Shown here piece after piece: positions 10,208 to 19,950 of a DNA stretch of 64,000 nucleotides. The number at the start of each line of letters is the position of its first letter. Position 1 is the stretch's first letter. This DNA is from Candidatus Latescibacterota bacterium (GTDB taxonomy: Bacteria; Latescibacterota; UBA2968; GCA-2709665). Below the pieces are notes generated by a model. It was not told the DNA's origin and did no database searches. It saw only the letters and a program-made list of their open reading frames with translations. The position numbers were made by a program, and so were the translations under genes. The stretch is from positions 5,389,093 through 5,453,092 of the forward strand of contig OZ220733.1 of NCBI GenBank assembly GCA_965116875.1. Reading direction: 5' to 3'.

Positions 10208-11230
10208 CTATTCGAGAAGCTTCAGCACAGTTGTCCGGTCCCAGCCTCCGGGCGTTGGCCCCTGGTACGCTGCGAGGATGTCCAGCACTCTTGCCAGGGA
10301 ATGTAGTTTCAGGACCCGTTCTTTTTCGGCACTCAACATTCCATAGGTCCGCCAGAAGCATTCGGCCAGTTCCGGCGTATTGAGGAATACGCTCAGATAA
10401 AGATCCCTGGAGTCGGTGAATGCCGGTGCAAATGCGACATTTCCGAAGTCAAGCACCGCCGCCAGATTCAGGGTCGCGGGGTCTACGCGAAGATTCTGAA
10501 ACTGAAAGTCATGATGTACAATTGCGTCTACTTCCGTCTCTCCCATCGAATCGACGAGGTCGGTCCAAAGCGCATCGCAGCGATCGAGGGTGTCTTTCCC
10601 AAGCCAGCCTTGCTTCCGGAGTAGCCCGACTGCCCGCTGGAATCTGTTCTCCTCGGACTTCCACCACTCGCTCCCGCTCATCGGGTCGCCGAGAATCGCC
10701 GCGACATCCGGCCCAATGGGAACTGAGTGGAGGTCTCTGAGGTAAGACGCGCATTGCGCAAGGATCTTCTCCCTGTCATCGAAGCCAATCTCGCTCCAAA
10801 ACCGGTCGCCATCGACGCCGTCCGCATATTCGATCAGTGCATGGGGATACGCAACATTCGAGTCGCCGGACGAGGCGTAGATCCAGTTTGGCGTTGGCAA
10901 CGCAGATTTGCGCTGGACGATTTTGACTACACCCTCTTCCCTTCGCATCACCTCGTCATCCGCGCATCTGACCCAGACCTTCAATACAAGTAAATCACCA
11001 CGGGTCGACTCCAACAGGAAAATCGCGTTCACCTCGCCGCGTTTCAACCTTCGTATCGCAGTCGGTTGCGGAAATCCGGCCTTTGAACAAATGGCCTGCG
11101 CGATCGGAAGCGAAATATCGTATTCGACGAATTCCCGGTACGTTAACAATGGTTTTGGCGCGGTCATAAACAAACACAAGATGAGAACCATCGGCCTGCA
11201 GTTGCCGCATAAAGGCCGTGGCACCTCCAA
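10208..11230 (-). CDS. Aminoglycoside phosphotransferase (APH)-like kinase
   Basis: RGEVN, VLKV, HHDFQFQN and LDFG motifs; true start may be near 11167. Confidence 0.85.
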   Translation of the reverse strand: MEVPRPLCGNCRPMVLILCLFMTAPKPLLTYREFVEYDISLPIAQAICSKAGFPQPTAIRRLKRGEVNAIFLLESTRGDLLVLKVWVRCADDEVMRREEGVVKIVQRKSALPTPNWIYASSGDSNVAYPHALIEYADGVDGDRFWSEIGFDDREKILAQCASYLRDLHSVPIGPDVAAILGDPMSGSEWWKSEENRFQRAVGLLRKQGWLGKDTLDRCDALWTDLVDSMGETEVDAIVHHDFQFQNLRVDPATLNLAAVLDFGNVAFAPAFTDSRDLYLSVFLNTPELAECFWRTYGMLSAEKERVLKLHSLARVLDILAAYQGPTPGGWDRTTVLKLLE

Positions 11231-11254
11231 ACTCGCGGAATGGAATTGAGCCCT

Positions 11255-12010
11255 CTAAATCCCATTCGGTTCTCGTTCCGATTCTTGATCCACGCGTCCG
11301 GACTCGGCAATTCTAAGCAGATGGCTTGCAAGAATAACCATCTCAGCCGCTTCCTCAGCGCCTAAAGCAACATTGCGATGGCTATGCGGATTCTTGTATA
11401 AGCCAATGGCTCCGGCAAACAAGCTTGAAAGGGCTTCACGCTCTGCGGTTTGTAGGTTTACATCGCGTAGTGGTCCAGACTGGTGGTGGAACGCTTTGCG
11501 CATCAGTTTTGTCCCAACATCATTCTCTGAATACTCACCGCGCTTGCGGACAGCGATCTCAACCTCTTTGAAGGCATTGAAGACGGCTGTGTCGTAGACG
11601 CCTCGACTGAAGGAAGGCATCGAAGCCTGCGCAATATTCGGATGTAACATCCTTCTTGGAAGTAAGTCATTACGTCGGTACGCCGTATAATCCGCGTGAC
11701 TCTTGAAGCTCTTACCGCGGCGTGTAACGAAGAACCAGCCTTCCTCACTGCCGGGTTTAGGCGCCAACAGTCCCTCTCGTTCCAGCCAGACCCATCCTTC
11801 CATCAGGACCTTCTTGATTTCATCTTCATTGCATTCCGGAGAGTATTCCCCGATCCAATCCGCAAGGCTGAAGTTGTAGCGACTCAACGCTTCCGTTTCT
11901 CTAGGATCCAGCGAGTTCAGATGTTCGAGGATAACGCCGCCAACTTCCTCAGGTTCCAGCGATAGCAGGAGTTCTGGATCTGGAACAATATCGGGAATAG
12001 ACTTGCTCAT
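11255..12010 (-). CDS. TIGR02391 family protein
   Basis: LLSLEPEE, EGWVWLEREGL, YDTAVFNAFKEVEIAVR, GAIGLYKNPHSH; start taken at MSKSIP. Confidence 0.85.
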   Translation of the reverse strand: MSKSIPDIVPDPELLLSLEPEEVGGVILEHLNSLDPRETEALSRYNFSLADWIGEYSPECNEDEIKKVLMEGWVWLEREGLLAPKPGSEEGWFFVTRRGKSFKSHADYTAYRRNDLLPRRMLHPNIAQASMPSFSRGVYDTAVFNAFKEVEIAVRKRGEYSENDVGTKLMRKAFHHQSGPLRDVNLQTAEREALSSLFAGAIGLYKNPHSHRNVALGAEEAAEMVILASHLLRIAESGRVDQESEREPNGI

Positions 12011-12074
12011 AGATGTGTACTCCCAGTAGGTAGAGTGGCAGCTGGAGTTCGACGATTTACGGTCGATCGGTAAT

Positions 12075-12800
12075 TCATGTGACATCAAGTTCGTAGAGTT
12101 TATAGATGGGTTCAATGTGATGCCACTGTAAAACGTTGATTAGCCAGAACCGCAAATCCCGTGTTGGAGCAGGCTCCGTCAGACGAAAGTTGGCCTGTTG
12201 CAAGAGTAAATCCTTATCTTCATCACCGTTGATTATTACATCAACCATGTGCTTAAGATTTGAACTGGGATCAGTACCATGCTCGGATCGCAAGGACCTG
12301 ATAGCAATATTGCTTGCCTCGATCAGGATCGGTGAAGGACATGCTTCCATAATGCCAAAAACCTTAGGATATCGGCGGTATAGTTCATCCGCCACTCCAG
12401 GAACTTCTCGGCGGTACAATTCTTCAAGGAAGTCAATCGTGTATGTCAACAATTCTGAGCCGAATCTTTTGCCTATGGCATACCGTATAGCTGTTGATTT
12501 TGCGGGCGACATGTAGGTATCTCCATGCTGCCAGTTCCAACTACCAGTTTCCTGGTTCGCCATTTTTGCGAAGGATCCACTTCTTACTGTATATAGGTGT
12601 GAGTCTCGTAAGTGTGTTTCACATAACGCCAAAACTTCGCGCGCGAGGCACAATAGGTTCCAATCTTTGACGGGATTCGTCCCTGCCAATCCATATTGCG
12701 AAATCCCATCTACAAAAACCGTGGAAGTACCATGATACAGCGGAACCAGCAGGCGGCCGTTATATGTTAAATCCTTCATATTGAAGGTCTCCTTTGTCAC
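12075..12800 (-). CDS. Hypothetical protein with ADP-ribosyltransferase-like motifs
   Basis: LYHGTS followed by YMSP...AIRYA, resembling H-Y-type ART folds. Confidence 0.55.
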   Translation of the reverse strand: MTKETFNMKDLTYNGRLLVPLYHGTSTVFVDGISQYGLAGTNPVKDWNLLCLAREVLALCETHLRDSHLYTVRSGSFAKMANQETGSWNWQHGDTYMSPAKSTAIRYAIGKRFGSELLTYTIDFLEELYRREVPGVADELYRRYPKVFGIMEACPSPILIEASNIAIRSLRSEHGTDPSSNLKHMVDVIINGDEDKDLLLQQANFRLTEPAPTRDLRFWLINVLQWHHIEPIYKLYELDVT

Positions 12801-12815
12801 AATTGGACCTCGCCC

Positions 12816-12895
12816 GGCTGACGATTGGCGTCTGTGACGGCTTCAGGTCCAGCTTGGCCGCGGTTGCGGCGAAATGCGAACCATGCTGGTACGGG
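12816..12895 (-). repeat. Degenerate attC-like site
   Basis: ggctgacgattggcgtctgtga...tgcgaaccatgctggtacggg; left half resembles the 47578 copy (gctaacgtttggcgtctgcga). Confidence 0.5.
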
Positions 12896-12904
12896 ACGAA
12901 TGCT

Positions 12905-13345
12905 TTACTTGCGTCGGTCCATCGACTCTCTCAGCCGGTCAATCTTGTCGTCGTATCCGGCAACGAGCCGAGGAAGCGCTCTGACATCGGCCCACAAGAA
13001 ATCGAACGGATGGATGAGAGATCCGTCCTCGGCGTGTTCTCCATGACGCCAGGATTCCCTTGTTGGCCCTTCGACAGACAGATGAAAGAACCAGCGATGC
13101 TGGAGTTCATCGCTCCCGCAGTCCCGCATGTCCCGTGTATCCCGGCCCAGGAATCGTATAAATCTGAGCTCCGATAGTCCCGTCTCCTCTTCTGCTTCCC
13201 GCATCACCGCATCCCGAGGCTTCTCCCCCGGCTCAATCGTCCCCGCGGGAACCTGAATGCCGGCTTCCGGCGCTCCGGGCTGCGTAAAGAGCAGCAGCCG
13301 GCGCCCACTTGTGATATAGGCGTAGGCTCTGTGGCGTGTTGTCAT
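12905..13345 (-). CDS. Nudix hydrolase
   Basis: Nudix box AGTIEPGEKPRDAVMREAEEETGL. Confidence 0.92.
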   Translation of the reverse strand: MTTRHRAYAYITSGRRLLLFTQPGAPEAGIQVPAGTIEPGEKPRDAVMREAEEETGLSELRFIRFLGRDTRDMRDCGSDELQHRWFFHLSVEGPTRESWRHGEHAEDGSLIHPFDFLWADVRALPRLVAGYDDKIDRLRESMDRRK

Positions 13346-13384
13346 CCGGGTAGGAATTGGTGAGACCCCTGTCTCACAAGCCGT

Positions 13385-13428
13385 GCAAATTACTCGGCAC
13401 CCCCGAAGCCGGAGGTGCCGTATTTGCC
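13385..13428 (-). repeat. Shortened attC-like hairpin (subfamily B remnant)
   Basis: tcggcacccccgaagccggaggtgccgta resembles the 36433 copy with its centre deleted. Confidence 0.35.
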
Positions 13429-13490
13429 GAAATGGAGGTCAATTGGATCCTGGTAGACTTCGAGTGGCATCATCTACGCCTTGTTGGTCT

Positions 13491-13805
13491 TCATTCATTT
13501 CCTGCCGGTGCTTCCGACCAACGGCCGGCCATTTTCCGCAATTCTTGCTCATGAACAGGCCATTCGTGAAGTGTGGCGGGATCGAAGTCGGCGCCATTCG
13601 GCCAGACGAGCGTATGGACCTCAGCGTCAATACGCACCTGATTGAAGAGCACTTCATCTACCAGCGGTCCGAACAACTCACCCGCAAGTACAGGTCGAAA
13701 GTCGATAACCTGGGTCGTTTCATCGTTGAAACTGACTTTGATCCGATGGGAACCAACAATCTCGAACGAAACGACTCGATGTATTGGATGACTCACGCTA
13801 TCCAT
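13491..13805 (-). CDS. DUF2442 domain protein (antitoxin-like), orphan
   Basis: IKVSFNDE...LFGPL....FNQVRID....LVWPNGADFDPATL. Confidence 0.85.
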   Translation of the reverse strand: MDSVSHPIHRVVSFEIVGSHRIKVSFNDETTQVIDFRPVLAGELFGPLVDEVLFNQVRIDAEVHTLVWPNGADFDPATLHEWPVHEQELRKMAGRWSEAPAGNE

Positions 13806-13865
13806 ATTTGTTGTGTACCGAACCTGAAGATTTGCAGTGAAGCAATTGTACCGATCGGCTTCCCG

Positions 13866-14014
13866 GGAGCGAGGGCATCCTGCCCTAGACGGCTGATTCG
13901 CGCGGCTCTGGCGCCATCATTTTCAATATGAATTCGGATGCGAGGGAAACGATAGGCCCCTAATTCGGGTTTTGATGGGGTACAGGAAGTTCGAGGGCAG
14001 GATGCCCTCGCTCC
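13866..14014. repeat. REP doublet (REPIN-like)
   Basis: Perfect 21-bp inverted repeat GGAGCGAGGGCATCCTGCCCT at 13866-13886 and 13994-14014. Confidence 0.8.
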
Positions 14015-14336
14015 GGATGTTCGTGGATCATGCTGTGACAGTGGGCAGATCGCCTTCGGTCGCAGGCCGCTCATGTCCGGTTCGAAATCCCGCGGGAAAT
14101 GTAACGAATTCTACCTCGGTAAGCAAAATCCGAATCGGGACCGGCGGGGGTCCATTGCTGCCCCTCGGAACTTCACGCGCGAATAACTACTCTGATCCTC
14201 CACGTCCATAAACGTCTACAGGTCTGCAAGCCTGGAACGTCGGTTGCCAAAAACGGAAAACGCGTTCGTGTCAACTCATTCTGTTTGTAAACGATAGGAC
14301 GTCGACATCCCTCCACCGCATCAGCCGTCGCCGGCC

Positions 14337-14660
14337 CGTTCGACCCTTCGACAATCCTTCAACATTTCGACGAGCTCAAAGCAAGCGGGCTTGCTTCGAC
14401 AGGCTCACTTCGGCAAGCTCAGTGCAGGAAGCACAAGCAGGACAGCGGCTCCGGGTCCGCAGGTTCAGGGCAGGTTATCGGTCTCCTGACAGCGGCTTAA
14501 TGACGTCCAATGAACCAAATAACGCGTGGTCATTGAGCATGCCTGCATTGAGCTTGTCGAAATGTCGAAATGCCCGCTATGTAACAGCCATTCGACGGAA
14601 CTCTGGGCGGCGCCTTCGACCCTTCGCCGGGCCCTTCGACAAGCTCAGGGACCGGCTCGG
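14337..14660. repeat. Cluster of nested CTTCGACAAGCTCAG-type REP-like elements
   Basis: Many TTCGAC left halves and GCTCA right halves in both orientations. Confidence 0.8.
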
Positions 14661-14830
14661 CTTCTGCCTGCCTCGCATGCTTCAGCAGACAGGCGACTCC
14701 CCTATGGTGAGTGATTGGACCGTTCATCCGATGGGCTTTTGATTCAAGCCGAATGCTGAGAGCTGACGGCAGATCGCTGTTTTTCCTGATTCCGGTCGGC
14801 CCAGCTTTGGGAATCGATCTACCTGACGTA

Positions 14831-15475
14831 CTACGGCCATTTGTAGTGCCGTATCTTCGGATCGCGGTACCTCGCCCGCGTATCCCACCACATTGCGATG
14901 CCGATGCCGCCTTCGTCGTACCTGGCATCGGTCACCTGGTTGACGAGCCTTCCGTCGATATAGGTGGTCAACGAACGGTGTCGCGCCGAGATGATGACGT
15001 GGTACTCTCGGCCCTTCTCCAGAGCGTAGTTGACGACACTGAGCTTGGTGACGCCGTGGATGCCCGGCTCGCGCAACGTGACGTTCATGGTTTGCCAGGC
15101 ATAATCGAATTCAACGAAGTAGAAGCCCTTTCTGTCGTCGGTGACGCGGAAGGGGAACTGCATGCACGAGCCCTTTTCCAGCGTCACGAAAAGCGAAACC
15201 TCGTAGTTCCTCCAGCCGGAATCACCCTGAAAAATATGGGACTTGCGTTTGCCGTCCAGCTGACCGAGAATGGCGTCTCCATCGCGAGACCACCCTCCGG
15301 AGGACGCGGTCGCCAGCCAGCCTTCCAGGCCCTTGCCCTGAAGAAGCGATCGCCAGGGGATGATCAGCCCGTCAGGACGGCTCCGGCCATAGTCGGAGTC
15401 GACGCCGCCGGAACCCGCGTTGACCGTCGATACCGCGAAACGAAGCGTGAGCAAGCAAACCAGGGGGAATTTCAT
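14831..15475 (-). CDS. DUF1080 (3-keto-disaccharide hydrolase-like) secreted protein
   Basis: Signal peptide, WRSLLQGKGLEGW, GGIGI, RYRDPKIR. Confidence 0.75.
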   Translation of the reverse strand: MKFPLVCLLTLRFAVSTVNAGSGGVDSDYGRSRPDGLIIPWRSLLQGKGLEGWLATASSGGWSRDGDAILGQLDGKRKSHIFQGDSGWRNYEVSLFVTLEKGSCMQFPFRVTDDRKGFYFVEFDYAWQTMNVTLREPGIHGVTKLSVVNYALEKGREYHVIISARHRSLTTYIDGRLVNQVTDARYDEGGIGIAMWWDTRARYRDPKIRHYKWP

Positions 15476-18400
15476 GTCGCCGTCCTATGACGATGTGATG
15501 GCATGTTTTCGGCGTTACGGCGCGTCGCGATGACTGCGTATGCGACGGGAGTGAGGCCCAGGAGGATCATCAGGATGCCGTTGAGCTTCCATATGTCGGC
15601 ATCGAATTCAAGGTACCAAGAACCCACAAACAGAATGGAACTCCAGCCGTTGACGACGTAAAAGAGCAGGTTGAAGCGGATATACTTCACAATGAGGTAC
15701 GCCGAGATCAGCCAGATTGGACCCTTCGTCGCGAGTAGTTCGCCCGCGTGGTCGAGGTCATTGGCCGGCGAGACCACGGACTGGAAGATGAGAACGACGA
15801 AGACACCGAGAACCATCAGGCTTGTCCTGCCCAGCACCCGCCACCAGACGAAAAGAAGACCAAGGACCCCAATGGGGCCGATGAGCATACCGCTGAATTC
15901 GTCAACAAACTCACCGAACGCGGGCAGGTAGGTATTGACGTTTGCAGGCACGCCGCCTCTTGTGCCCGGGTGGTACGAAAGAATGTTGAGACGCACGTAA
16001 GAGGCAAGAGCGCCGGCGCCTTCCGTGATACCGGAATAGCACGCCACCAGAAAGACGACCTGCCACCACAACGTCGCGCTGCCCGCCTTCAGGCGGAACA
16101 CGTCGATCCATTCGGAGATGCGCATTTCTCCGGGACGCTCGGTTCGAAACAGCGTATCTCCGAGGGCGCAGATCAACAGGGCGAAGACGGTCGCAAACAC
16201 GAAGCCCGGAACAACGTCGACAAGCTTGCCAAGGAGGAAGGTACCCATAGCCTGGCTTGTGTCAAAACCCCTGTAGAATGTGGGCAGTTCGTTGAGGCCC
16301 TCGAGTATGGAGCACACGCCAAAGAGGATGCCGAAACAGATGGGCAATCGCCACTCGATCAGACCGTTCCGATAGGCGCGCAGCAGGTAAATCACGGCCA
16401 GAACGAAGGTTACGATAAGGGCGATAGTGCGGATAGTGGAGACAATGGTGCTCTTTGCAGTCTTCTCTCTCTGTTTGCGCATGAATTCTTCAGGCGCCTT
16501 GTAGGCCTTATACGCAAGGCCGATCCGGTCGCCCTGTACAGAGGCGACGATGCGAAACTCGCCCTCTTCCACCTTAATGTCCGTGCGTTCCCACACAAAG
16601 CGGTGGTCCATCCGGTTTTCGCGCTTGAAAGACCGCGCTTCGAGACGCTTGTAGAGCGTCGTATCGGTTACATCCCGGTTCAGATGTCGGCGCAGAAAGG
16701 CTTCCGCCACTTCCTGCGCTTCTTCAATGGCGAGTTCCGCACCCTCCTGGCCTTCCGGTACTGCATGCGAGATGTAGGAGAGGCCGCCGTTGCCATCAAC
16801 GCTGATGGTGAGTTCCTCCTTTTCAAGAGGCTTGAACCATCGCACAATCCATCGCCATGAGTTCGTGTGCACCGCCGCAAGCGTATCCGCCCTCCCGACG
16901 TCAACGTTTCGCAGCAGGTGTTTAAAGTGTTTGGAACCGAGACTGCTTGAGAATCTGGTGGTGCGGCGATAGCCTTCGAGTTCGATTCCGAGTTGCTCCC
17001 GAAATCCTTCGGCTAACTCGTTGGCCTGCGCTCGCGTGGGGACTTCCTCTCGTGCGTATTCAGCAAAATCCCGCGTTTCGAAAGCGAAATAAGCGAACCA
17101 GCCCGATAGTCCGAGGACGCCAAAGACGAGGAGGCCCCTGCATGAGATGAGGTAGTCAGAGGGCCTCTTGCGTTCGATCGGAGGTTCAGGCGGCTCCGGG
17201 GGACGGTCAGACGACGCGGGTGCGGCCTCTGACGCCTCCGGGGCGGGTTCACGGGGCCGGTCATCGTAACGGCCGCGGACGGCGCTCCAGATGGCCGGAA
17301 GGGCTGGGATGGAGATGATGGCGACTGCGAGAATGCCCGATACCTTGAAATAGAGGCTGTCGGACTGAAGCATGGGATAGACGCCAAGGAAGCAGTTATA
17401 CACGTAGTGGGAAATGATGGTCGCCCAGACACCGAAGCGCAGGAAGACCATGCCGAGGACGACTCCCACTATGGTCAGTTCCAGGCCTCGGATGTAGATG
17501 GGTTCCTGCGGATAGCCGGCGTGGAGGAAGGCCCACACCACAGCGGGAACAAGAACGGCCAACCAGCTTCTCTTGAACCAGCGAAGGAGGAGGGAAATAG
17601 CCACCAACCGGAAGAGGAACTCCTCGAACGTGGCCGCCGCCAGACCCGTCAGGAGGGGATATATCCAGGGCAGGTACGTGCTGTAGGCATTGCTGTATTG
17701 GGTCATGGTGGCGGGCGACCAGACCCCGAAGGAATCGTGGCCCAGAATGTAGAAGAGGGTCACGTAACCCAGGTGCGCGAACGCCAAGCCGTAACCGACA
17801 AGGGTGACGCGTGCAAAACCCGCCGACCGCCAGCGCCGCAGAGCAACCCGCTCTAAGGGATTACGCCAGCCTCTAATGTCCTGTGCCGCGGCGCCGCCTG
17901 CCGTGCCGCACACGGCAACGACGAACGCCATTACCGCGGCGCCGAAGAGACCGTTGAAGATGAAGTCGAGAATAAAGGAGTCGAAGGACTCCATGGTGTC
18001 GTATCCGAACAGATTGATCGGATAACTGTTGACGGATCCGAGCAGGGTGGCGGCGCCCACGAGGATGCCGATAGATACAGCGACGCGCCACGTGAGTGCG
18101 CGCTGCCGGTACTTGCGCACCAGGACGACGACCATAACAAGACCCAGGGCGAGAGCGAACCCCCGGGCGACCTTAGCGAGCAGACCGGCGCGAGAGCGGG
18201 TCTCGCGGTAGTCGCGCGAGAAGGTTTCGGGGACCTTGACGTATTCGTAGAAGCTACCCACCCGGTCTCCCTGGACCCCGACGTACAGGCGGTAGTGTCC
18301 ATCATCCCCGACGATAAAATCCCGCTTGCGGTAGGCAAATGTGTGATCCCTCCGCTTGGGGCGGTCGATGCTGGAGGCCTCGATGGGTTCGTAATCGTCG

Positions 18401-18882
18401 AGTGAGAACCCCTGAAGGTCAATGAGGAAGGCCTCGGCGATGTGCCGGGCATCCTCTTCTGTCAGGTTGGCGCCTTCCACGGACTCGAGGATGCTGTGGC
18501 TGAACCCGACGACCCGTCCGCCGGGATCGATGCGAACGCGGAGTTCTTCCTTCTGCAGCGGCTTGAAATAGCGGATTCGCCAATACCATACCGAGACCCA
18601 ATCCCTTACGAGTCGGTTGGCCTCGGCCAGGCCCAGGGTGCGTTCAAGGAAGATCTGGGGAAGAGGCGCATAGGAGAAGACTTGAGCGCTCTCGTATTCG
18701 GTGAGGTCGTAGCCGAGGTCATGAAGATATGCTTCGGCAGACTGAAAAGCCTGTTCGCGGTCTACACGAAAGTTAAGCGAGGCAACGGGAAAGGCCCGGT
18801 CAAAGAAATGAACGTAACATGCGAGACCGAGTACGCCCAGGATCAGGAAAGAAAAAATCCACACAGCATCGCGTCGGTTCAT
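15472..18882 (-). CDS. Large CPBP (CAAX/Abi) intramembrane metalloprotease with duplicated extracytoplasmic domain
   Basis: EEFLFR, WAFLH, SHYVYN motifs; two similar W..R.FKPL.KEEL modules; many TM helices. Confidence 0.85.
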   Translation of the reverse strand: MNRRDAVWIFSFLILGVLGLACYVHFFDRAFPVASLNFRVDREQAFQSAEAYLHDLGYDLTEYESAQVFSYAPLPQIFLERTLGLAEANRLVRDWVSVWYWRIRYFKPLQKEELRVRIDPGGRVVGFSHSILESVEGANLTEEDARHIAEAFLIDLQGFSLDDYEPIEASSIDRPKRRDHTFAYRKRDFIVGDDGHYRLYVGVQGDRVGSFYEYVKVPETFSRDYRETRSRAGLLAKVARGFALALGLVMVVVLVRKYRQRALTWRVAVSIGILVGAATLLGSVNSYPINLFGYDTMESFDSFILDFIFNGLFGAAVMAFVVAVCGTAGGAAAQDIRGWRNPLERVALRRWRSAGFARVTLVGYGLAFAHLGYVTLFYILGHDSFGVWSPATMTQYSNAYSTYLPWIYPLLTGLAAATFEEFLFRLVAISLLLRWFKRSWLAVLVPAVVWAFLHAGYPQEPIYIRGLELTIVGVVLGMVFLRFGVWATIISHYVYNCFLGVYPMLQSDSLYFKVSGILAVAIISIPALPAIWSAVRGRYDDRPREPAPEASEAAPASSDRPPEPPEPPIERKRPSDYLISCRGLLVFGVLGLSGWFAYFAFETRDFAEYAREEVPTRAQANELAEGFREQLGIELEGYRRTTRFSSSLGSKHFKHLLRNVDVGRADTLAAVHTNSWRWIVRWFKPLEKEELTISVDGNGGLSYISHAVPEGQEGAELAIEEAQEVAEAFLRRHLNRDVTDTTLYKRLEARSFKRENRMDHRFVWERTDIKVEEGEFRIVASVQGDRIGLAYKAYKAPEEFMRKQREKTAKSTIVSTIRTIALIVTFVLAVIYLLRAYRNGLIEWRLPICFGILFGVCSILEGLNELPTFYRGFDTSQAMGTFLLGKLVDVVPGFVFATVFALLICALGDTLFRTERPGEMRISEWIDVFRLKAGSATLWWQVVFLVACYSGITEGAGALASYVRLNILSYHPGTRGGVPANVNTYLPAFGEFVDEFSGMLIGPIGVLGLLFVWWRVLGRTSLMVLGVFVVLIFQSVVSPANDLDHAGELLATKGPIWLISAYLIVKYIRFNLLFYVVNGWSSILFVGSWYLEFDADIWKLNGILMILLGLTPVAYAVIATRRNAENMPSHRHRTAT

Positions 18883-18945
18883 GGTGTCACCCGCTTGCTG
18901 CCGATAGTTACGGAAGGTATCGCCCGCGCCTCGTTCCGGACCGGC

Positions 18946-19950
18946 TTAATGCCCTGCCAATCCCGTGCGCCCGTATACCGTGCGAATCACGTCCTCGATA
19001 TCGGGCTCCTGGACGGACACGTCGCGCACCCGATAGCGGGCCGACAGTTCCGCGATGAGAGCCGATGCAGACACCTGGCTCCTCGCAAAGCGGATGCGGA
19101 CCACATTGTTCCGCCGTTCGAGGATCTCCGCGTGCGCATGCGCGAAGCCACTCAGCGGCTCTCCTTCGCCCGGATCGCATTCGACGATCAGATAGCGGTG
19201 CGGGGTGATGGATTCGACGAGCGCCGCCAGCGGCCCATCTTCGATAATGCGTCCCTGGTTGATGATGATGAGTCGCTCGCAGAGCTCTTCCACGTCGTCC
19301 AGGTCGTGCGTGGTCAGCAGCACGGTGGTGCGCCGGCGCCGGTTGACGTCCAGGATGAATGCCCGGATCGCCGCTTTCACCTCGATGTCCATGCCGATGG
19401 TAGGCTCGTCCAGAAACAGGATATCCGGCTCGTGCAGCATGGCGCCGGCCAACTCCCCGCGCATGCGTTGTCCCAGGGACAACTGCCGCACCGGTGTGTC
19501 GAGGAGGTCGCCGATGCCGAGTACCTCGCACAGTTCGGCGAGGCTCCTTTCGAAGTCGTCGCCGGCGATACGGTAGATCCGCTTGAAAAGCTCGTAGGAT
19601 TCGCCCAGGCGAAGGTCCCAGTTCAGTTGGCTGCGCTGACCGAAAACGGCGCCGATGCGTTGGACGACCGCGCGCCGCTGCCTCTGGGGCGAAAGGCCGA
19701 CGACGGAGACGCGCCCGGACGTGGGATAGAGGATGCCGGAGAGCATCTTGATCGTCGTCGACTTCCCCGCGCCGTTGGGACCGATGAATCCAACCAGTTC
19801 ACCCGGCTCGATCGCAAAGCTCACGTCGCGCACCGCGTGTACTTCGCGCCGGTTGGGCCGGAACAAACCCTTCACGGCGCCGGCCAGCCCCTTTTCCTTC
19901 CCGGTCACGCGGAAGGTCTTGCAAACCCTCTCCAATTCTATATGGGTCAT
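18946..19950 (-). CDS. ABC transporter ATP-binding protein
   Basis: GPNGAGKS, LSLGQ, LFLDEPT. Confidence 0.95.
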   Translation of the reverse strand: MTHIELERVCKTFRVTGKEKGLAGAVKGLFRPNRREVHAVRDVSFAIEPGELVGFIGPNGAGKSTTIKMLSGILYPTSGRVSVVGLSPQRQRRAVVQRIGAVFGQRSQLNWDLRLGESYELFKRIYRIAGDDFERSLAELCEVLGIGDLLDTPVRQLSLGQRMRGELAGAMLHEPDILFLDEPTIGMDIEVKAAIRAFILDVNRRRRTTVLLTTHDLDDVEELCERLIIINQGRIIEDGPLAALVESITPHRYLIVECDPGEGEPLSGFAHAHAEILERRNNVVRIRFARSQVSASALIAELSARYRVRDVSVQEPDIEDVIRTVYGRTGLAGH

